Shown in pieces: positions 46,933-53,540 of a stretch of 53,540 nt of DNA. The first letter of the stretch is position 1, and each line of letters starts with the position of its first letter. The DNA lies in NCBI GenBank assembly GCA_025360495.1, contig JANYCC010000231.1:1-53540 (forward strand), read 5' to 3'. The stretch is from Verrucomicrobiota bacterium (GTDB taxonomy: Bacteria > Verrucomicrobiota > Verrucomicrobiia > Limisphaerales > UBA9464). Under the pieces are notes generated by a model. The model saw only the letters and a list, made by a program, of their open reading frames with translations, was not told the origin of the DNA and made no database searches. The position numbers were made by a program, and so were the translations under genes.

Positions 46933-48648
46933 ATGGCCCAGCGAATTCAACGCCGGCATTACGCCGAGATGTTCGGACCGACCACCGGCGACCGGGTCCG
47001 ACTCGGTGACACCTGCCTGGTCCTGGAGGTGGAACGCGACTTCACCGTGTATGGGGACGAGTGCAAGTTCGGGGGCGGCAAGGTCATCCGCGAAGGCATG
47101 GGACAGGCCGCCGGCGTGGGGGCCCGGGACGCGCTGGACTGTGTGATCACCAATGCATTGGTGGTCGACCACACCGGCATTTATAAGGCCGACATCGGGA
47201 TCAAGGACGGTTTCATCGCGGCCATCGGAAAGGCCGGCAACCCGGATGTGATGGCCGGGGTGACGCGCGGGATGGTGGTGGGCGTGACCACCGAGGTGAT
47301 CGCCGCCGAGGGCCTGATCGTGACCGCCGGCGGCCTGGACACCCACATCCATTTCATCTGCCCGCAACAGGCGCACGAGGCGATCGCCTCGGGGTTGACG
47401 ACGATGGTGGGGGGCGGGACGGGACCCGCGACCGGCACCTGCGCGACCACGTGCACGCCATCGCCGTTCCATTTCCGGGCGATGCTCCAGGCGGTGGATT
47501 CCCTGCCCCTGAACTTCGGGTTCACGGGCAAGGGGAACACCTCGCTGCCCGGCGGATTGGCCGACCAGATCCTGGCCGGGGCGATCGGGCTCAAGTTGCA
47601 CGAGGACTGGGGCACCACGCCGGCGGCGATCGACTGCTGCCTGGGGGTGGCCGATGAGCACGATGTCCAGGTGACGATCCACACCGACACGCTCAACGAA
47701 TCCGCCTTCGTCGAGGGCAGCATCGCGGCCTTCAAAGGGCGGACCATCCACACCTATCACACGGAGGGTGCGGGCGGCGGACATGCGCCGGACATCATCC
47801 GGATCTGCGGCGAACCCAATGTGCTGCCGAGTTCGACCAATCCGACCCGCCCCTATACGCGGAACACGATCGACGAGCACCTCGACATGCTGATGGTTTG
47901 CCATCATCTCGACCCCGGGTTGCCGGAGGACGTGGCATTCGCTGAAAGCCGGATCCGCGGCGAGACGATCGCGGCTGAGGATATCCTGCATGACCTCGGC
48001 GCCATCAGCATGATGAGCAGCGACAGCCAGGCGATGGGACGGATCGGCGAGGTGATCACGCGGACCTGGCAGACCGCCGACAAAATGAAACGGCAACGGG
48101 GCCGGTTGGCGGGCGAGACCGGCACGAACGACAATCTCCGGATCAAACGTTATATCTCCAAATACACGATCAACCCGGCCATCGCGCATGGCCTTTCCCA
48201 CCTGATCGGTTCGATCGAACGAGGCAAGCTTGCGGACCTGGTCTTCTGGCGGCCCGCTTTCTTCGGCGCCAAACCGGAGATGGTGGTCAAGGGCGGGTTT
48301 ATCGCCTGGGCGCAGATGGGCGATCCCAATGCCTCGATCCCGACGCCGCAACCCGTCTCCATGCGACCCATGTTCGGGGCTTTCGGCCGGGCTCCCGGAT
48401 CCACCTCCGTCGCCTTTGTCAGCCAATTGTGCCGCACCGAGGGGATCGCCGACAGTTACGGTCTGGCCAAGCGCATCGAGGCGGTCCGGAACTGCCGCAA
48501 GATCGGGAAACGCGACCTGAAATGGAACGATGCCCTGCCCCGCATCACGGTGGACCCGGAGACTTATGCCGTGCATGCCGATGGCGAATTGCTGCGTTGC
48601 GAGCCGGCCTCGATCCTGCCGCTGGCCCAGCTCTATAGCCTCTTTTGA
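46933..48648 (+). CDS. ureC: Urease alpha subunit
   Basis: The ATG at 46933 gives [27 protein letters not shown]. Further motifs are [44 protein letters not shown] and MVCHHLD. Confidence 0.95.
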   Translation: MAQRIQRRHYAEMFGPTTGDRVRLGDTCLVLEVERDFTVYGDECKFGGGKVIREGMGQAAGVGARDALDCVITNALVVDHTGIYKADIGIKDGFIAAIGKAGNPDVMAGVTRGMVVGVTTEVIAAEGLIVTAGGLDTHIHFICPQQAHEAIASGLTTMVGGGTGPATGTCATTCTPSPFHFRAMLQAVDSLPLNFGFTGKGNTSLPGGLADQILAGAIGLKLHEDWGTTPAAIDCCLGVADEHDVQVTIHTDTLNESAFVEGSIAAFKGRTIHTYHTEGAGGGHAPDIIRICGEPNVLPSSTNPTRPYTRNTIDEHLDMLMVCHHLDPGLPEDVAFAESRIRGETIAAEDILHDLGAISMMSSDSQAMGRIGEVITRTWQTADKMKRQRGRLAGETGTNDNLRIKRYISKYTINPAIAHGLSHLIGSIERGKLADLVFWRPAFFGAKPEMVVKGGFIAWAQMGDPNASIPTPQPVSMRPMFGAFGRAPGSTSVAFVSQLCRTEGIADSYGLAKRIEAVRNCRKIGKRDLKWNDALPRITVDPETYAVHADGELLRCEPASILPLAQLYSLF

Positions 48649-49304
48649 TGAACGACGGGACGGACTGGTCACTCTGGCAGTTTCTGGATTCGGCGTTCCC
48701 CACGGGCGGGTTCGCGCATTCGGGCGGATTGGAAGCCGCATGGCAACACGGTGAAGTGACCGGCCGTATCTCGCTCGAAGCCTGGATCGAATCCAGCCTG
48801 CTCCAGTCGGCCCGTGGCGGGCTGCCCTTCGTGATGGCCGCACACCAGGAACCGGGGCGCCTGGGAGAACTCGACGAATTATGCGAGGTTTTCACCCTGA
48901 ACCATGTGGCCAATCGGGCGAGCCGGCTTCAGGGCCGGGCCCTCTGGTCCGCCGTCGAGCGCACGTTCACAACTGTCGCCGGTGCCGTCCTTCCCGGACC
49001 GGTGTTCGCCCATTATGCGCCCGTGTTCGGGGCCGTGTGCCCGGGTCTGGGATTCGCCCCGATGTTGGCCGCGCGGGCGTTTGTATTTGTTCAATTGCGG
49101 GCCTTCGTGGCCGCCGCGGTGCGCCTCAACATCATCGGATCCATGGCCGCCCAGACCCTGCAGGCGGGGTTCGCGACCCGATGCGATGCCGCGGCCCGAC
49201 TGGGGGCTTCGCTGACCTTGGACGACCTGTCACAAACGGCGCCGTTGATCGACCTGTGGCAGGGAGCCCAAGACCGGCTTTATTCCCGTCTTTATCAGAG
49301 TTGA
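48648..49304 (+). CDS. ureF: Urease accessory protein UreF
   Basis: [23 protein letters not shown]. The ATG at 48648 overlaps the ureC TGA by 1 nt; the track lists a TTG at 48645. Confidence 0.85.
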   Translation: MNDGTDWSLWQFLDSAFPTGGFAHSGGLEAAWQHGEVTGRISLEAWIESSLLQSARGGLPFVMAAHQEPGRLGELDELCEVFTLNHVANRASRLQGRALWSAVERTFTTVAGAVLPGPVFAHYAPVFGAVCPGLGFAPMLAARAFVFVQLRAFVAAAVRLNIIGSMAAQTLQAGFATRCDAAARLGASLTLDDLSQTAPLIDLWQGAQDRLYSRLYQS

Positions 49305-49389
49305 ACCGAGCACAACCCGGAGCCGAATCACTGGAATCGCCCACGAAACACACGAAATCCGGAAAGGCGAATGGCCGCTAAAGAACGCA

Positions 49390-50127
49390 ATGAACACCCC
49401 TCATCATTCCCACTCCCATTCGCATCCGCACGGCCATGACCACCCCCACCTGGATCACCCGGGCCGTTTCCACGAACGGGATGCGCCGCTCGACCGTGAT
49501 TATTCGCGGCGTGCCTTCACGGTCGGGATCGGCGGCCCGGTGGGCAGCGGCAAGACCGCGCTCGTCCTCGAATTATGCCGGCGCCTCCGCGACCGGGTGA
49601 ACCTGGCGGTCGTCACCAATGACATCTTCACCCGCGAGGACGGCGAGTTCCTGGTGCGGAACGGGGCGCTGCCGGCGGAACGGATCCGGGCCGTCGAGAC
49701 CGGCGGTTGCCCCCACGCGGCGATCCGGGACGACATCTCGGCGAACCTCCTGGCCCTGGAGGAACTCCAGCACCTTTTCCGCACCGACCTGCTGCTGATC
49801 GAATCCGGGGGCGACAACCTCGCGGCGTGTTACAGCCGGGAACTCGCGGATTACACCATCCAGGTGATCGATGTCGCGGCGGGCGACAAGATCCCGCGCA
49901 AAGGCGGACCGGGACTCACGCAAAGCGACCTGCTGGTGATCAACAAGACGGATCTCGCCGCCGCCGTGGGGGCCGACCTGGGCGTGATGGAACGGGATTC
50001 CCGACGGATGCGGGGTGACGGCCCATTCCTGTTCGCACAGGTGCGCAACGGGGTGGGTCTGCCCGAAATCGTGGACCACGTGATCCACGCGTGGCAGCAC
50101 GCCTGCGGGGTCGCGCACGGGCACTGA
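49390..50127 (+). CDS. ureG: Urease accessory GTPase UreG with a His-rich N-terminal extension
   Basis: His-rich N-terminus [29 protein letters not shown]. It is followed by the P-loop [18 protein letters not shown] and INKTDL. Confidence 0.9.
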   Translation: MNTPHHSHSHSHPHGHDHPHLDHPGRFHERDAPLDRDYSRRAFTVGIGGPVGSGKTALVLELCRRLRDRVNLAVVTNDIFTREDGEFLVRNGALPAERIRAVETGGCPHAAIRDDISANLLALEELQHLFRTDLLLIESGGDNLAACYSRELADYTIQVIDVAAGDKIPRKGGPGLTQSDLLVINKTDLAAAVGADLGVMERDSRRMRGDGPFLFAQVRNGVGLPEIVDHVIHAWQHACGVAHGH

Positions 50128-50149
50128 ACGGGACGCGTCTTCCGCCCCT

Positions 50150-52423
50150 TCAATTCCCCCGCGTCACCCGCACCGCACAATGCTTATAGCTCGGCTGGCG
50201 TGAATGCGGATCGAAGGAGGATGCGGTCAGACGGTTCACGCCGTCATAATGCATCGGCAGAAACACGCTTCCGGCCGGCACCGTGGGCGTGACATATAAG
50301 TTGGCGTCCAGGGTTCCCCGCCGGGTTTCCAACCTCACCCGCCCCGGCACCGTCAAACCCAGGCGCGCCGCATCGTCCGGATGCACCTCGACATAACATT
50401 CCGCCGGGTAGAGCTGGCGCAGCACATCGGACCGCCCGGTGCGGGTGTTCGTGTGCCATTGTGCGCTGGTGCCCCGCCCGGTGAGCAGGACGAACGGATA
50501 CTCGGCATCGGGCACCTCGGCGGGGGTGCGCGGTTCATCAAAGATGAAACGGGCACGACCGCCAGGGAGAAAGAACCGGCCGTCCTCGAACAGCCTCCGC
50601 TCGCGCCATTTCCCGGGAAGCGCCCCGGCCTCCGGACCGCCGCCCACGCCCGATTCCGTCGCGTCCGCCACGGTGAACGGCCATTGCACGCCCCCGGAGG
50701 CGTCGAGGTGCCGGTAGTCGGCGATTCCGCTGAAATCACACGGACGTCCGGCGCTGAGCCGCTTGAGGATCTGGAACACGGCCTCGGGTGAACGCCATTC
50801 GCGGAACAACCCGCCGCAGCCCCACGCCGCCGCGATGAGCTGGAAGATGTGGAAATCGCTGAGCGCCTGACCGGGTGGGCGCCGGACACGTTTCACCAGA
50901 CCGATCCGCCGTTCACTGTTGATGAAGGTGCCTTCCTTCTCGCCCCAGCCCGCCGCGGGCAGGAACAGATGGCCCATCCTCGCCGTGTCGGTGTCGGCGT
51001 ACAAATCCTGCACCACGAGGAAATCCAGTTTCGCGGCGAGCTCGCGGAAACGGCCTTGGTGAATCCACGAATGCGCCGTGTTGGTCGCCACCACCCAGAG
51101 CCCGCGGATCGCGCCGGATTCAATCCCGTCAATGATCTGGTCATAGGCCCACCCGGGTTCCGACGGCACGCACTCCTCCGGCCAGCCCAGGACCGACGCC
51201 ACTTCGCGACGGTGGCCGGCGTCGCGGAAATCACGTCCGCCGGCGAGCCCGGTCGCATTGGCGAAAAGACGCGACCCCATCGCGTTGCACTGGCCGGTGA
51301 TCGAGTTCGCACCGGTGCCGGGACGCCCGATGTTGCCGGTCATCAACGCGAGATTGATCAATGCCTGTGCGGTCCGGGTGGATTCGTGTCCCTGGTTCAC
51401 GCCCATGGTCCACCAAAAGCTCACCCGTCGGCCCGCGGCCACCACCCGCACCAGTTCGTCGAACGTCTCCCGCGCCAACCCGGACGCGGCGCAGACGCGT
51501 TCGGGCGTGAAGGCCGCGACGAACGCCGCGAATTCCGCGAAGCCCTCCGTATGCGCATCGACAAAACGGCGGTCCACCACGCCTTTCTCCAGCAAGGCGG
51601 CGGCGAGTCCGTATAAGAGCGTGAGATCCGATTTCGGGGCGAGCGGGACATGGAGCGTGGCCGCCATCGCCGTCTCGGTGCGCCGCGGATCCAGCACCAC
51701 GATCGACGGATGATGGGGATTGCGCAGGACCCGCTGCCACATGATCGGGTGGGCGATGCACGGGTTGGATCCGACGAACACCAGGCAATCCGATTCCTCG
51801 AAGTCCGCATAGGTATAAGGCGGGGCATCGAACCCGAGGCTCTGTTTATAGGCGACGTGCGCCGTGGCCATGCATTGCCGGGTGTTGGAATCGCAATGCC
51901 GGCCGCCCATCCCCGACCGGAACAGGCCGCCGAGGAATGCCATTTCCTCGGTGCAGATCTGGCCCGTGCTGAGGAAGGCGATGCTCTCCGGCCCGTGCGC
52001 GGCCTGGACCGCCTTCATCTTCGTCGTGAACTCGTGCATGGCCCGCACCCACGACACGGGTTCCATCGCGCCGGTCGATGCGTTCCTCAGCAGCGGGGTG
52101 GTCGCCCGGTCCGGGGCGGCCAGCGGCGTGAGCGCCTCCCAACCCTTGGGACACGCCATGCCGAGGTTCACCGGATACAGCGGGTCGGCACTGAGGTTCA
52201 CCGCCACCCCGTCTTTCAGATGCACGGTCAACCCGCAGCCCGTCGCACAAAACCCGCAGACCACCGTGGTCGTCGCATCGGGTTTGAGACGTTCCGGGAT
52301 CCGCCCCAGGCCAAACCTGCCGGGCGTCTGGACCAGGTCCGCGGTCAGGGGACCGTGCCATTCGCGCAACCAGGTGTTGGTCGGGGTCTTGGCAACGGGG
52401 GGCGGGGGGAGGGGCGCGATCAT
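50150..52423 (-). CDS. Molybdopterin oxidoreductase, NasA/NarB (assimilatory nitrate reductase)-like catalytic subunit; no Tat signal
   Basis: Distal part of ORF 50150..53206 with an ATG at 52423 (MIAPLPPPP). The N-terminal 4Fe-4S motif is [10 protein letters not shown]...MACPKG. The C-terminal segment is [16 protein letters not shown]...[17 protein letters not shown]. There is no RRxF twin-arginine motif. Confidence 0.75.
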   Translation of the reverse strand: MIAPLPPPPVAKTPTNTWLREWHGPLTADLVQTPGRFGLGRIPERLKPDATTTVVCGFCATGCGLTVHLKDGVAVNLSADPLYPVNLGMACPKGWEALTPLAAPDRATTPLLRNASTGAMEPVSWVRAMHEFTTKMKAVQAAHGPESIAFLSTGQICTEEMAFLGGLFRSGMGGRHCDSNTRQCMATAHVAYKQSLGFDAPPYTYADFEESDCLVFVGSNPCIAHPIMWQRVLRNPHHPSIVVLDPRRTETAMAATLHVPLAPKSDLTLLYGLAAALLEKGVVDRRFVDAHTEGFAEFAAFVAAFTPERVCAASGLARETFDELVRVVAAGRRVSFWWTMGVNQGHESTRTAQALINLALMTGNIGRPGTGANSITGQCNAMGSRLFANATGLAGGRDFRDAGHRREVASVLGWPEECVPSEPGWAYDQIIDGIESGAIRGLWVVATNTAHSWIHQGRFRELAAKLDFLVVQDLYADTDTARMGHLFLPAAGWGEKEGTFINSERRIGLVKRVRRPPGQALSDFHIFQLIAAAWGCGGLFREWRSPEAVFQILKRLSAGRPCDFSGIADYRHLDASGGVQWPFTVADATESGVGGGPEAGALPGKWRERRLFEDGRFFLPGGRARFIFDEPRTPAEVPDAEYPFVLLTGRGTSAQWHTNTRTGRSDVLRQLYPAECYVEVHPDDAARLGLTVPGRVRLETRRGTLDANLYVTPTVPAGSVFLPMHYDGVNRLTASSFDPHSRQPSYKHCAVRVTRGN

Positions 52424-52437
52424 GGGTGGGCCTCGGT

Positions 52438-53540
52438 TCAGGAAGGTTGCCCGGGCATCCGATCCGGGGAAACGGCGCGGAAAAAAAGGCGACGTTCGGA
52501 CACCATCGTCCCCACCATCAGCAGGCTGAAAGGCAGCAGGGGAAGATCGGCGCACGCTGCGATCGCGGTGATCACGGCGAGCAGGAGTCGGATCATCAGG
52601 CCGGTGTGCAACGGCCCGACCAACAGGCCGGCGGTCCGTCGAAGGGGGGTCCAATCCGGGTCCCGCCGATGGGCCAGCACCTGCCATTCGAAAGCCACCG
52701 TTCCCACCACGGCGAGCGCGACCCATCCCGGCCACACGGCGGCCCCGAGAACCATGCCTTGCAGCACCGTCGCCACGAAACGCGGGCCGGTTTCCCGCCC
52801 GGACCAGTAGGTGCGGCGGGTGTCGACATAGACCATGGCCTGGGCGAAGACGGCGGCGACCCCGGACAGGATCACCGCCGCCCCGAAGAGCAGGGACACT
52901 TTCGGCAACGGCACGGGGCACCAGAGCGTGGCGATGAACATCGTGGCGACCCCGGCGAACGCGTTCAGGGCGATCGCCTCGCGGCTGAGCCAACTCGTCC
53001 GCCAACCCATCCACACCCGCCAGGCCTTCAGCGGGCGACCGAGGTGAAACACGGAGGCGATCAACCCGGCGACCAACGCAAGCATCCCAGTGGCGGACGC
53101 ACTGCGCAAGTTTTCGACCGGGGCCCCGGCCCAACCGTGCAACGCCACGCCCATCAAAACCCCGATACCGACCTGGGTCAGGACCAACATCCACACCAGC
53201 GGCCAATGAGCCGCCTCGGGCCGGAGCCGGTCCTCATCCGCCGCGTGAAGTTCCGACGGTCCACGACGGGTTATATAACGGCTGGTCGGCAGCGTGTAAG
53301 CGGGATCGGGAGACGCCGCCAGGAAGGTGTTGGCACCGGTGACCTCCCCGCGGTGGAGGGCCCGCACCGTCGCGACATCGACGGTTGTGACCCGGATGGC
53401 CGAACTGGGACACGCCTGGACGCAGGCCGGTGCCTCTCCGTCCGCCAACCGTCCCTGGCAGAGATCACATTTGCGCACGATGCCCCGTTTCTCCGAATAT
53501 TTCGGGACATCATAGGGGCATTTCAGCACGCAATAGCTGC
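52438..53540 (-). CDS. Fused 4Fe-4S dicluster (DmsB-like) / DmsC-like membrane anchor protein; 5' end runs off the right window edge
   Basis: The frame stays open to 53540 (..[14 protein letters not shown]), so the GTG at 53529 is not the true start. [25 protein letters not shown] supplies ferredoxin-type clusters. They are followed by about 8 TM segments ([20 protein letters not shown]...). Confidence 0.7.
   Translation of the reverse strand, partial: SYCVLKCPYDVPKYSEKRGIVRKCDLCQGRLADGEAPACVQACPSSAIRVTTVDVATVRALHRGEVTGANTFLAASPDPAYTLPTSRYITRRGPSELHAADEDRLRPEAAHWPLVWMLVLTQVGIGVLMGVALHGWAGAPVENLRSASATGMLALVAGLIASVFHLGRPLKAWRVWMGWRTSWLSREAIALNAFAGVATMFIATLWCPVPLPKVSLLFGAAVILSGVAAVFAQAMVYVDTRRTYWSGRETGPRFVATVLQGMVLGAAVWPGWVALAVVGTVAFEWQVLAHRRDPDWTPLRRTAGLLVGPLHTGLMIRLLLAVITAIAACADLPLLPFSLLMVGTMVSERRLFFRAVSPDRMPGQPS

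Noticed and set aside
50128-50149. Possible terminator between the convergent ureG and molybdoenzyme genes.
   Set aside because: The gap is only 22 bp and has just a 6-bp GACGCG/CGCGTC complementarity that extends into coding sequence. This is too weak to call.
1-53540. Search for mobile elements, prophage genes, toxin-antitoxin or defence-system genes, tRNA or rRNA.
   Set aside because: No transposase, integrase, recombinase, capsid, terminase, nuclease-helicase or cas-like translations were recognised in any frame. No cloverleaf-like or rRNA-like segments were noticed in the non-coding gaps. This was a by-eye search, so small RNAs cannot be excluded.

Overview
GC-rich bacterial chromosomal window. 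The gene content (Tat-signal DUF1501 protein, LamG/Ig/PA14 exoprotein, beta-propeller histidine kinase, OmpL-like porin with a coiled-coil N-terminus) suggests a Verrucomicrobiota/Planctomycetota-type organism; this is inference only. All family calls come from motif recognition in the translated ORFs, and no database search was run.

Layout:
(1) 1-20384: 18 co-directional minus-strand genes forming a Wzx/Wzy-type heteropolysaccharide (O-antigen/EPS) cluster. It holds a CapD/PglF-type dehydratase, a PglD/NeuD acetyltransferase, five GT4 glycosyltransferases, a flippase, a Wzy-like polymerase, an FkbM methyltransferase, an acyltransferase-3, a hexapeptide acetyltransferase, a UDP-uronate epimerase, a TviB/WbpO-type dehydrogenase, gmd, rfbB, an NRS/ER-like epimerase-reductase and rfbA.
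(2) 20409-24945: a GbsR/MarR-type regulator, a NarL-type response regulator and a large propeller-domain HisKA_3 kinase.
(3) 25418-32508: an orphan polytopic membrane protein of about 14 TM, hom, a DUF1501 protein, a SAM methyltransferase and fumC.
(4) 32583-37917: a 1364-aa secreted LamG/Ig/PA14 protein preceded by a LysR regulator.
(5) 38100-50127: an uninterrupted porin-urtABCDE-ureD-ureAB(fused)-ureC-ureF-ureG array with no ureE.
(6) 50150-53540: a NasA/NarB-like molybdoenzyme without a Tat signal, next to a fused 4Fe-4S/DmsC-like membrane subunit.

I recognised no rRNA, tRNA, CRISPR array, transposase, integrase or phage genes.

I do not see a clear-cut novel multi-gene system. The best leads are:
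- a dispersed family of 8-9 bp tandem-repeat modules in intergenic regions, including an inverted pair of octamer arrays between rfbA and the next gene;
- a eukaryote/giant-virus-style NRS/ER enzyme where rfbC and rfbD would be expected;
- the membrane-anchored, cytoplasm-facing NasA-like enzyme;
- an approximately 135-bp composite hairpin element;
- the uncharacterised ~14-TM protein divergent from the two-component system.
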